Below are positions 15,301 through 24,888 of a stretch of 64,000 nucleotides of DNA, piece by piece. The position numbers and the translations under genes were made by a program. The notes under the pieces are model-generated. The model made no database searches. It had not been told where the DNA came from and was given only the letters and a program-made list of their open reading frames with translations. How positions within the stretch are numbered: position 1 is the first letter of the stretch; each line of letters opens with the position of its first letter. The stretch covers positions 248,001 through 312,000 of the forward strand of contig LVLI01000202.1 of NCBI GenBank assembly GCA_001687465.1, in the 5' to 3' direction. The stretch comes from Halocafeteria seosinensis (Eukaryota).

Positions 15301-16040
15301 CGCAACTGGAACTCAATGCCACCTAAAATTGGGTCTAAATTTCTCGACTTATCGCTGGTTTGCCGAAGGGCAGTCTGCGGAAATAATCGGCACCGATTGA
15401 GGCAGTTGGTGCACAATACACCCTTTTGTAGACTTACTGAAGCAACTTCCAAGACGCGATCCTCACATGTTCCTTCCAGCTCGTCTTCTGCGTCCGCATC
15501 ACCACCATTTTTGGCACCCATGGTGTCGCCTTCCTCATTCCAAGGGTCTTCTGCGGTAGGAAACCTGAGTTTGCACAGTGCAGCGATGCATCGACACACT
15601 GCTTTCCGACTAAGTTCCTGAGGTTCGCTTCCTTTCTCCTCATCGCACTGCTTCATGATGCCATACAGTTTGTCAAAAGCATCTTTTGTGTGCCAAGGCT
15701 CCGACCACGTCTCTTCAACAAACTTGTGCATCCGGCTATAGAGACTACTCTCCTTATCACTGTTTACATGCTTAGTAATAGGGTATCTCCTTTCCAAGAT
15801 CTTGTCCAATTTACGCCCCATTTTCATCCATGGGCAGTCTCGACACTCCCATGAGTCCACTGAACCACCCTGAGCATCTAAATCATTGCTACCACTGTCT
15901 GAAGAGAGCCCTGGAGAGGGGTATAAACCACCAGTATCGTCAGCTTTGCGCTTTCGAGTATGCTGCTGTCCTGAGAGGGGAGGCGACGCTGGAGTACTGC
16001 TGCCAGCGGCGGCAGCAGCAACAGACGATGATGATGACAT
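9345..16040 (-). CDS. Large uncharacterised protein (about 2231 aa), probably alpha-helical, intronless
   Basis: A 6.7-kb uninterrupted ORF with first ATG at 16040. Leu-rich helical segments alternate with low-complexity linkers. No family recognised. One N at 12330. Confidence 0.85.
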   Translation of the reverse strand: MSSSSSVAAAAAGSSTPASPPLSGQQHTRKRKADDTGGLYPSPGLSSDSGSNDLDAQGGSVDSWECRDCPWMKMGRKLDKILERRYPITKHVNSDKESSLYSRMHKFVEETWSEPWHTKDAFDKLYGIMKQCDEEKGSEPQELSRKAVCRCIAALCKLRFPTAEDPWNEEGDTMGAKNGGDADAEDELEGTCEDRVLEVASVSLQKGVLCTNCLNRCRLFPQTALRQTSDKSRNLDPILGGIEFQLRMRHVNGLDASTWAAETVEPLLQKKLESHSLQALLGMNENDEHIGGSYSRSVVFLLLKHALRVELPEPPSPDGKRVEFCWNLLKHLSLNRKLEHFTESMSLDLLLALANQTYRYTENKQRQGTNGQVNDNSRKQSSTSFSLTMTSVAFSTLPAVIDNIISLCDSVIEETSALWSGLQQETQRRRADSLREALLAMFNLGRTGFNLGDPQERSPGSLLPSIWDEFLQHKREYLREPDEGFGKYHSRVFHCKLLLALVDLLLGLSAAECHGKAGKAVGGMSTGSVHKLITVCSRTMKRATTLTTNFSSASHIVQGVLGRIKYSMRSVNLSEKAATDPKLHQLMSNVCDIGSHYLDSVGIVLVFANSVSYCGKLNLEDCSDPVICFCFDLANSMRGNALGSESTLPVGSPGTIATVFHHIQRLNDVLSFSRLMKYVVTTLSHTGTSKCPTLRTLTRGCGSPVLQIKPLLEEFFFGGASTPRLSIEDISVVLFCCTFADVLSCHKDEKFFSIDESAFQKITIVVPALHEEGSLNVLLGPGFYNSEQLFPFLSDPDIINSVAVDDLVKWSLFYAVLGNVMAMVAQVLVGVPWLSAGEEYVTAKIATNPILRHCIASWLRSVKSFKTCKSMVLTKVTGTMESASVRHPPPTTTLNDYGPREEEEGLDSSITEVSERRRKRRVSSRYRNLEGGRAALDVSLSAESRSVGETGTNSTHAAARREDESFDSSVASEQNDKENFAVKQTHLGVWISYLNVVERTVVGGLPCSMLVSSLFWLSYVSQMRADSSNDDSFVDDIWRVSPIASCSNTGRTASMRSSSRLQSILEEIRYRENTANSQYALLLHSAFLNKVGDLTQIELVDWLVLIYSLLRAFDVSPVNVDSCVAEASTIWKFVSRPPFMDVMWLSPGELDSLVRHVNKAQCLEHIGHRQSLWMQYVSASELSHQCFLVPWLWAQIEPLLEQLHFSREEEALRSSMITRDTVSAREHNRKVEEMKRXNRRSEMMEDIELARKQGQGYASDHIVQDNGTTFGSAEERQENGGTSPRVIEALLLAQCKIIQHCFQCIRITAATKAELVEYSLDSRSLSGTEDSHCQPLLHSLASMTEAMQTKTDSARKLFEKYVIEYHRNPGGNSFTNGEPPKSTDGDVITSSTSLFTDPERSHARWCFGMNRGSSASKSLDSCTLLEANSFNESRPVAADAEVIGLSSDSSVANTEVPLIKPKTTYAQVGKSMEQQMREASSKRCGDEGSENRDELVISSMNPLSFWCAFLLENPSYVSQLVENSANTEASSASDKFVTVLEDLLRVIATFPVNHSHACLAVVDVLSALRITAEDCLQDAQKVDKILASTLFHLAGSPLAVSLDRPFRISDKLERTYDLRLENLPFLPCDVGAAGSFRSQQRCVVESVLHSPYREDSFDPATEDQQVGISGKLPSVDPLWINAIRTPTSRFVWQHREVSWLGFFVPPVLPVSLQHKLSFPGGDVLLQPWANGFLTRATGNFITTGILSTCDSTVPSLPRNTVSTVAPQFFYNGCVGKQLIGHEEWLRRRNVRTRVYTGDVVQWSIRSSFTPGDFDLWPVKYALYSSLSLVGTSAQLISTVSVAHALAVALNRRIWQERSPLQLPQEGQASTFRNGISVATLQDVHAISSCLDLGGSEIALFHWCSSLESWETQMEMLLKVAWTILLNVDLFVQPNQTAIDEIILNTILGIGTASNSCLGLMLKHGLHSPLASGSTDNSDQGLLHAFQNERFVQVRRALSLLQLLYSMAFSHAVCEDCADSKFGDTVVQLTEKNVEVLVSIFQEFKNAPKDTVVSVEEMQRMVMQNLDLIDLIGDLSEEGAKEHSKWHSFEPDRLSSLGNHAEKIGDQIINMAGSEQIIENAPTDCEVPSWQELCCIPTYYTEESDLAEVSSTLPALSQEAIPELGGSLADKNDIIGNRLHCLKWRRLLAFPNIFDPWKEGEAIHREIAHAQVNHYALSVCETPLGRILIPLL

Positions 16041-16585
16041 AATGTCTATCAAGAAACAACCTATGATCTAACGACACAGCTTCCCGAGATATCACTCCCT
16101 AAAGGAAGGCGACAAACGCACTTGTGAAGCAAATCGATTCCATCCGATGATGATTTTTGATGTCTGTATTGCTCTGAATTGATCCCGCGAAAGCGAATTG
16201 AGGCTCGTAGAGACGCTAGATTGATCTATCATCTAATATTGAGTGAAGAAGAACGTAACGTATGGGGTCCATATAATATGCATCCACTCCTTGAGAGTAC
16301 TGTACACCACGTTGCAGTGAAGGAAGTATAATATACAAAGCCCGTACTATGCAAGTGGATACAGTTGGATGTATCTTGTTTGTTCTCCTTGCTTCTAAAA
16401 GTCACTTCTTCTATGATCATCCTTCGTTTGAGCGCAGCAGGGAACATCGCGTGTAGTAGGTCAGCTGGCAATTTTTGAACCGGCATTCGACGTTGTTGGT
16501 GTCTTTCTTTGAGTGCCAACTTTAGGTCAGGTTGGGGTGGATTGCCGGTGGATGCTACCAAGTAGGGCACTTTGCGAGCGAATAA

Positions 16586-16849
16586 CAACTGCCGCCTGCG
16601 ACCGACTTTCGAAAGCCAATTGCTTGTACCGGTATTGCTGCAGCGGTATGTTACTTCATGTCGTTTCTGGCTTGGATTGAGGTTGACAAGGATATAGAGG
16701 AATCTGATGGAGGATTTTCTGGGGCATTCATTTTTTTGAGTGCTCTGTTTACTGCTGTGATCGGTCTTATCACGTATGTTGATCCTGCACCATCCTGGGT
16801 TTGGACGGATGCAGCCGGATTTAGAGAAGGGGGAACCTTCCCCGCTTGA
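16586..16849 (+). pseudogene. 5'-truncated paralog fragment of the claudin-like gene at 18677-19705
   Basis: FRKPIACTGIAAAVCYFMSFLAWIEVDKDIEESDGGFSGAFIFLSALFTAVIGLITYVDP aligns with FRKSAYYTVVCVAGAISFFLSFMTWIAVDQDVDDSDGGFSWAFMFLSALFVAVLGFIRYVDP. There is an in-frame TAA at 16583, and I found no upstream exons. Confidence 0.7.
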
Positions 16850-17850
16850 AGCGTAGCCAAATATTATCCACCAAAAATGTATATCTCATCACAAGGAGTT
16901 TGTGCTATTTGGTAATATACGTAGTGAGGAACATGTATAGGTAAATTCCGCGCCGAAACACTACCGTCTTTAGCAGTGATTAAGGAGTATGATTTCGGAA
17001 TGGAGCAACAACGATTGTATGAAAAATGACAAGGGTTCAGAGGATCAGTCTTCCCGCATGAAACTGGCCATGCCCCTTGTGGGCAGAGCGGTGGAGGACT
17101 TGTTTTCTAAAACTTTTCCTTCGCCGAGGGTTGCACCACTACGAGGGTTATCTACGACGGTTGTACCGTGCTTATACTGTAGTGCCTAACCGCCGGGCAA
17201 CATGAAAACCACGAACCCAGTGTATCGACAAGCTTCCGGAATTTCGCAAGTCTGAGTTCTACCACTGTGATTTGGGTTGCATTTCCGATTCCGATGAAGG
17301 GTTTTCGTGGGCATTGTAGGCGTTCGTGCTTTTATGCGATACGTCATTGCGCATATCCATTGTATAATTATCGAGGTCGACGAGCTCAAATATGATCAAA
17401 TACACCATTATCTATACTGACAAAAATAATGGCCGTTAAAGTTCGCACGCAGATTTCAAATCTGATTGTCAAAGATCAAGCTGCTTATACATTGCCTATT
17501 GAGTACATACACTACTGCTCTCTGGCATAACATTTGACCTAAACGTAAGCATCCTTATGCCGTGTGTTTCCGTGACAGCTAGAACGTTACAGTAGACGTA
17601 ATGGGTCGAAAATGGAGCGCGTTGACGTTGCAACTTGCAACGACCCTCCACCGCTCGAGGAGGGCAATTTCTGTCGAGTTCCTTCGCTACCGCCATTCGA
17701 AGAGACGATTTTGAGGATGAGCTACCACCACATGAAGAGACGGTAGACATCGAGGCAGCTCCTGAAGGTTGTTGTGGAGAGCCAGCAACCACCTCAATCT
17801 CCAGTGCTCCTCTGGAAGTAGTCAGTGGTGGTGTACATGTATCTCCTTAC

Positions 17851-18270
17851 CCCTTCTCAATCGGCCAGTGCTCCTTCTCGCCCTTTCAGAAATCAAATTC
17901 CCCCTTTCCAATCTTTCAAAAGTTCCACGGTCCCTTCTCAATTTTCTAGTACACGTTCTCACTCTTCCAGAAGTTCCAGGGTCCCATCTCAACCTTCTAC
18001 AGTACCGTAACATTTGTGTGTGTGTACTGTAAGTCCCCAGTCGTCAAGGAGTTACAGCGTACCTATTTTCCAGTCCTCGAGTACTTCTCAATCTTCCAGA
18101 AGTCCCAGTGTGCCTTTCCAATCTACCAGAAGTTCCAGGGCTACGTTTCAGTTCCCTCTCAATCTTCTCTACCCGCTTCTCAACCGGCCAGTGCTCTTCC
18201 TCGACCTTTTCGTCCCCATTCCCAAACGCCTAGCGCTCCTCAATCTTCCACTACCCCTCCTCAATGTCAA
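17851..18270 (+). repeat. Degenerate 21/30-bp tandem repeat array (decayed Ser/Pro/Gln repeat ORF)
   Basis: Recurring units such as CCTTCTCAATC..., TCTTCCAGAAGTTCCAGGG and CGGCCAGTGCT. The peptides PSQSASA / PFQSFKSSTV / RSHSSRSSRV / TSQSSRSPSV are broken by a stop and frameshifts. Confidence 0.7.
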
Positions 18271-18428
18271 TCATGTACGCACACGACTTGGATTATACGT
18301 TCTATTCTTAGAAAACATATTAAGTCTTCGATGTTCGGCTTCCCTAAACCTTCCCCATGGGGATTGGGGATGGTCCCGGGGGCTTCCCCATTCCCAGTTG
18401 GGGATCTGTTTTTGGTTTTTTTTTTTTC

Positions 18429-18457
18429 GGTCCCAACAGCCCTGGTCCCAACAGCCC
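18429..18457. repeat. Perfect 14-bp direct repeat GGTCCCAACAGCCC x2 after a T-run
   Basis: Copies at 18429-18442 and 18444-18457. Confidence 0.9.
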
Positions 18458-18676
18458 ACTTGACTTCAAGCGTTTAGCATTCTACGCGCACACGGCCTAC
18501 CAGTCAGTGTAGCACCCACCAGTGACTGGAATACCGTCTGATTCGATAGCATTGGCATATCTTGATTATGCTCGTTTCATCCTGTGGAAGGTTACTAGTT
18601 CTCTTTGTTCAGAGCCGACTCTTGTTAGCGAACTTCATTGGACATCGACCACTCGCCTGCGAAGAACACCGGGAAG

Positions 18677-19705
18677 ATGAACAACCAAGTGATGAAGATA
18701 GGAGGTAAGACGACCGTCGGACGACACGTTTAACGAAGAAAACTGTCCAATGGCCGTGCTAAGTGATGATGTTCAACTACTTATCGTTGTTTCACCCCAG
18801 CGAGAACATAGCCTACGTTAGCCATCAACCGTTAAGAATGTGCTTAGCGGCGGTACTGTACAGCCATGCCAGTTGATGCAACCATGGGCTTCTGTTTGAG
18901 AATCTCATATCCCCTGATCCTTGAGCTTGGATTTATGTTGTTGCAAATTTTGCAGAATATCTCCTACTCGCACTCGCATTCGTATTCCCCATTGTCTCCG
19001 TCGCGACTGATGAATGGACCGTACTCGATGGAACAAGCTACGGGCAAGATGTTGTTACTGTAAGTTTTGAGAGCGGTAGGTAGCACATCGTACTACTTCC
19101 GGGTACGGACATGCTCCCTGCAGAATTTTGGGGCTTTTGAGACTTGTCGGTCGTCAGCGTCCGAATGTGAGGACACGGGTATGTATGACTCTTATACATA
19201 TGTAGAATTTACATCGATGCGAGTTCGTTCGGGACCTTGCTTTTTTTGTGCAGAAGACGTAAACGGCATTGACAGTGATGCTGTTAAAGCTACTCAAGCG
19301 TTTGCCATAATCGGTTTACTCATTACGATACCGGTGGTCGTTATCTGCTTGCTTTGCGACCTGAAGAGTGTCATGCCATCTTCGCTCTCCCAGTTCATCA
19401 ACAATCTGCTAAAATTTCGCAAATCTGCCTACTACACTGTTGTTTGTGTTGCGGGAGCTATAAGTTTCTTCCTGTCGTTTATGACCTGGATTGCTGTTGA
19501 CCAGGATGTAGATGACTCCGATGGAGGATTTTCTTGGGCGTTTATGTTTCTGAGTGCTCTGTTCGTTGCGGTTCTCGGCTTCATCAGGTACGTTGATCCT
19601 TCGGAAGCTATACCACAAGTGGGTAAGGAAGATTCCGAAGGAGCAGCTGCTCCTAGACAACCCGCTAACCAGCAAACTGTTGAAGTGGAGAAGTCGGAAT
19701 CATAA
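18677..19705 (+). CDS. Claudin/PMP22/amastin-like four-TM membrane protein
   Basis: Exons 18677-18704, 18956-19059, 19124-19178 and 19254-19705 give TM1 YLLLALAFVFPIVSVATDEW, then FGAFETC...C (like W-GLW-C-C), then KATQAFAIIG, then three more hydrophobic helices. Confidence 0.7.
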
Positions 19706-20268
19706 AGCTCAGGCTCAGATCACAATCTGGTAAGAACAACTCTGACCTACACAGTTTTGAAGCGTAGTCGCAGTAAACGTTTGGTCGGGTAACGAGGTAT
19801 TAAAAACGAACATTTCACCTCGAAATCAGTAACCAGTTAGTCTTCTGTAATCGTGTCAACTATTGAAGGCATCTCGCTGCGCAAGCTACCATGCCTGTAA
19901 TACTGGGCTGAGTCTCTCGGCATTACAATTTGTATTGCAGCGTACACGGTTTAGATGTTGCTGCACCGTGTAAAGGGTACTACCACCTGTACTATGCTGG
20001 ATGTGGTTGGTGCATTGCACTGAACTTCCAGTTTGTCCAGTGTCAGCAAAGAGCAGAGGGTACAAAGCGTGATGAAACGTCGTACAGTCATAGGGCTAAC
20101 ATCCAGCTGCCGGTGGGCCATCAGTCACATCTTCGTCGTCATAGGGTGTAGGGTGTCGCTTGAGTTCTCTAGAAGCATGCGCATGGGGCAGGACAGGAAT
20201 CTACGAACCCTACTTTGAATGATGGTTTACTAATTCTGTGGTTTCAGTGTATGCGAATGTTGGCTCAT

Positions 20269-20385
20269 TGCTTTGCTATTATCCCGTTCGCGATTGAGGT
20301 GACGGGAGTCTTGGGGGAAGACGCAATCAAGTTCCTCAAGAGAATTGACAGGAAAGATTGGGCCTTCCGGTACTCAGGTTGCTAA
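20269..20385 (+). mobile_element. Relic of a non-LTR retrotransposon restriction-like endonuclease C-terminus
   Basis: CFAIIPFAIEVTGVLGEDAIKFLKRI resembles the FxPxxxExxGxxGxxAxxFL motif ending the RLE domain of CRE/NeSL/R2-type elements. No reverse transcriptase seen nearby. Confidence 0.5.
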
Positions 20386-20739
20386 TAGCTAATACTAGAT
20401 TTTGGTATTTGTGGTATTGCTTCCGTTAAGCTGTATAGCCAAGTGACTACAATGTACTGGATGTTGGTTAATGTGTATCCATTCTATGCAGCTGCGTATA
20501 GCCAAGTGGGTGAACTCTTTTGCTGATGATGCAGGAAGAAGCACCTTCCGGGAGTGATTTAAGTGTGTATGTTAGTAAGCTCAGCGAACTAGAGAATGCA
20601 CTTATACCGGTGGTGCTATACTGATCGTCATACTATGGGCTGTACTCAACAGTGAGGGCTTTTGCGGTTATACTCAAAACTTAACGGTTTGACTTTCAGG
20701 TCGTATTCCACGGAACATTCAAAAATTCGGCTATGTAGT

Positions 20740-23569
20740 CTAAGCTTTACTTCGTCGGACAGGCGCAGAGTCATCCGAGGTATCGTAAGCATACTGCGAG
20801 TCCTTTTTATCTTCGTTTGCGTGAGACGCATCTTCATCTTCCTGAACCTCTTGTAGAGGATTAATTACTTCGGAGGCATTACGTCGACTCGGAAGGGGCC
20901 GTTTGCCGTACTTAGGATTACCCAGTACTTTCTCTAAGTGAGGGGCGTCAAACTCAACCTGCTTACCGCGACACTTGTGTGCGTGGACGGAAATCACAGA
21001 TCTGAAATGATTGATATCATCACAGTCATATTCCAGTGGTCCTCGTTCATCTTTCTCAGGATAACGTTGCAGCTCAAAGGGATTCGCGTACGAGTCATTG
21101 ATTGCGGTAGTGACTTCGATGCTGGATTTTGCAGTACCGGGAAAGGAGCCATTGAAGGAAGCCTCCAATTGAACCCCTTGAAGATCATCAATAGGGACCC
21201 AAGAGATGAGAAAATAGTTTCGGTGGCAACATCCGTTTTCCAAGGAGTGAGTTACAATCAGTCTGTGAGTTGTTAGGATGAGGTGTTGCTCTATCCACCA
21301 AGGTCGATACTTACAACTGCAGCAGCTAAGGACGTCTCGAAGCATATCTACATTTCCGAGACTGCACACATTCAAGCAAACATTCCCGAGGAATGGTTTT
21401 ATGTGGTAATGTGGTTGAGAGGAAACCAGGGAACAGATCTCTTCTTCTGACCATAAGCTAAGCGATCGCATGAGTTGAGTAGCCTCCGTCTGACGTGGTA
21501 ACGTCTTCGAATCTGGCGGTGGCAATACTTTAGGGGTTGGCATGTTCCCACTCAATCGATGAAGAAACTCATGAAATTCTCCCTTTACGTGCTCCGGAAC
21601 GAGAGGTTTCCATGGCCATTTTTCACTTAAAGTGAGTTGAACCCGAATTGCTCCGTACATAGTGCTCACGTCAATGAGATACCCTACCGATCCAAGAGGG
21701 TCTTCCAATATCGCCCCAGAGCCGGCTTTGTCCCCCAAGAAGAAGCCCGTAACTGTAAGCTCATAGTCATCCAGATTGCGGTACTCTGCAATGCTTGTGA
21801 TTTTCTTCGACGATACAATAACAGCTGCTTGGGAATTGTATTTGTTTCGGATGGACAGAGTGGGAACGTTGAATACTTCCCACCAAGAAATACCGGGTCT
21901 TACTTCCATCACATCATAAACTGTTTCCTTGGAGGCTAGAGGAAGCTGTTTCTTGCTAATTCTTACGTGACCGTTTGAAATAAGGTGGCCATCTGGGATG
22001 CTGTCAGAGGCCTCGTCTTCCAAGACAACAAATTTGTCCTTACGAGCCATTGCAGGGAGAAGTGGTTCTTTTGAATTCTCAGTGATATATTCATTGATAA
22101 AATTCAACAATTGCATCCCCTCAGCCAACGCATTTTCAGGCGTTGGATGATAGCCATCCGTCCAATTGTCATCGTTACTAGATGTTATATCGAACGATAA
22201 TTCTCCTTTGGGAGCGACACGTTCAGATATATCGGGTACACCCTTATACAAGAGTCCGCAGGTTATCAAATGAGTCTGTTGTGCCGCTAGTCTACAACAA
22301 GCCGTGCACATTTTGAGGCAATCGTGCTTCGCACATTGATGGCAGAAGTTCATGATTAACTTTATGACTTTATAGAGTCCTTCAAATTTCTTGACAAGGC
22401 TCGTTGTCTCCAAAGCAACTGAGAAAAAATCTCCGCTGTCCCAGTCTGTATCTTGATTGCAACGTTAGTTATGTTACCGACCTTATGCTCTAAACAATCG
22501 AAGTTTGTACATACCCGGCATCTCCAGTCCCATTACCGAACCACTATCGTTCGTTTCTGTTATGCACGGAGGTTGCGGTCGCAGATAGGTGTAAGGGTTG
22601 GTCCAGTACCCACAGGCAACAAGGACAGCATTCAAAAAGACAGCTTACGTTCGTCTTCTAGTAAAGACTGTTTTGGGTACGTATTGCCCATGAATAGGCG
22701 AATTCGAGATACATTGCTTCGCCCGCACATAGAGAAGGGACCAAACCGGTTCTTCTTTGTTTGATGAATCTGCCGGCACATGGGCATCACAAATGAAACT
22801 CTGTCTTATTACATAGATCAGTGAGTGTGTGTGTGTCCTCACCCGGAAGGCAGTGATATCTCTCATATGGAACCAACCATACGTGGTTGTGGCCCCGAAA
22901 GACACCTTCTTAGATCCCTTCTTACCCGTCATCGTCACACTCCACATTGCCAACCGTCCCTGTAGAAAGCATGCATTCATATTTGGAAAAACATGTTTGT
23001 ACCAACTGAGGGAGCACTGCACTCACTTTGTTGGTTACAGCAATCATATTCCGCGTGTTTGATATCGGTAACAGTCCGCATGTGCAGTATAGTATATACA
23101 GAGGATAGCTGTACTTTTCGTTCGGGAAATGCCTATCATCGATAGCGCAGATAAGTCAGGATCGTAGGGTTAGTTCCTTACAGGCCCAAGGTCATGATTC
23201 CGAACACCACAAGATTCCATGTTTGGAGAGGTTCCGCTACAGTAAACACTCGAAATTCGCGAAGGATTTTTTCGCCTGTTATGAGCAAAAACCAGGGGAT
23301 GTCAATGGCAGAGACCCAGCTCTCGTCAAATGCTACTATGGACGTACCAGGTAAAAGGTCAGCATCGAAAGCCGGACCGTCCGGATTGGTTAGCTGCCCA
23401 AAGAAACAATGGGAAAGCCAAATTTCCGTTGACGTGTGTACCTCACAAGCACTCAGAAACCACTGACCAGACCGTCGACTTCACCGTAGGCATGCGCAGT
23501 GTCTCCATCCTCTTCAAAGTCGTAGAAAGGTCCTATGGCCTGACATTCCTTAGGCTCAGAGGCGTTCAT
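20740..23569 (-). CDS. Multi-exon uncharacterised membrane-associated protein with three PH-like repeats
   Basis: Spliced from ATG 23569: ...DLLPGEKILREF...VVFGIMTLGLYPLYIL...MIAVTNKGRL. The long last exon (ORF 20740-22413) has two similar units. Internal exon boundaries are approximate. Confidence 0.7.
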
Positions 23570-24888
23570 ATTGCCGAAAATTGAAAGATAGAGGGCGTGA
23601 AGGAAGATGAAGATCCTGATCCTGCACGCGGAGAATTGTACGGGGAAAAACTGCCCAAAAATACATACATAACAAAACAAACAGTCTTACCCTGCCAACA
23701 GCGCTCTCGTTTGATTGGGTTGGTGGTTTTGACAGAGTTAGAAGGTCCAATTTTTAATCTTTACGTTGTCACGGCTCTCGTTTCGGGAATCGGAACTGTT
23801 CCGACGCAACAAATCCACGAAGGTACCAAACTGTAAAAACTTTGCTTTCACTCACGTGAGCCTTCCAAGCGTCACCGCCGGTGACTCGACTCACGGGTGA
23901 GTCACGACCTGCGGCTCGTCTGGCATTTTCGCATAGCTTAGCGCGAGAACAAGTATTTGCATTGTCGGCGTAGGTTGGTAAAAGTCTTTCGTGTCTCTAT
24001 ATTTGGTTTGGGAGACAGTTAGGCGGTATGGATACAGTCACTCGTAAGGGGGAGTTCAAAGGGAGCAAAAAAGGTCAAGTGCGTAAAACAAGAGGGACGT
24101 AACTTGTACTTAAAGCGCATACATGTACGTGTTCGAAACGAGAGGGAGCTTGTTTGCTGGAGACTTCTATGAGGGAATGTCAGCCGCTTGGGGGTTTAAG
24201 GGATGACTCATACATGTAATAGAGGAAGTGTAGCCGATGCTCGAAGAGAACAAGGGTACGCGGGTCCGTTGCTGTGTGTCACAGTGTGTTATTGTAATTC
24301 CAGAGCCCGTGGTGTTCTGCAGATAATAAGTCATTTGGTTTATAGAGCTGAAATATCTTCTACCATAAGGGACGAAGCGCCGCTAGTTGTAGTGTCGCCA
24401 TCTCTTTCCAATATACTGTAGACAACGGGGCTTCCGTAAGTAAAACCATTCGCCGCAGTCTGCATCGGGAGCAAGCTGTAACATTTCTACTTGGTCGTCA
24501 GGATTTTGCCATGGGTAATTTTACTTTCTTATTGTTGAGTTTGTGTACATGCCGGACTAAATCTATCGCGACGATGCCAATGGAAGTGCTCCTGCCGAAC
24601 AAACTGTTGATCAGGACAGTGTGTGATTGTTGAGAGCTCGTAAAGGCTTACGAAGAACATAGGGATACACACACAAATGTGACAGATAGCCCACCGGCCG
24701 GGATTGCTCGCATCACATACACTAGGTCTAAAATCAATGTAACCGACAGGTTTTTACCGTGCTGTGTAGCCTCTGATCACGTGGTTCATTCATCAAACAA
24801 TGCTTCCTCTAATGGTAGGTCATGAAATGTTAGGCATTGTCCGACCCGATAACGCGACAGAGCAACCGCCAAGAGAACGAATAACTCC

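Noticed and set aside
16229..16588. 119-aa minus-strand ORF
   Set aside because: Non-ATG start and no recognisable motif.
17851..18270. CRISPR-like array, or TGA=Trp recoding on the minus strand (ELLED-W/stop repeats)
   Set aside because: The units are degenerate with no unique spacers, and the context is eukaryotic. TGA terminates genes elsewhere in the window, and the plus-strand Ser codon TCA explains the pattern.
16843..18472. 9-bp inverted match CGCTTGAAG / CTTCAAGCG as transposon TIRs
   Set aside because: The match does not extend and no target-site duplication is seen, so it is probably chance.
23850..24880. Short palindromes (TCACGTGA, ACTCAC-GG-GTGAGT) and small ORFs
   Set aside because: These are too short to call a MITE or ncRNA, and there is no coherent coding signal.
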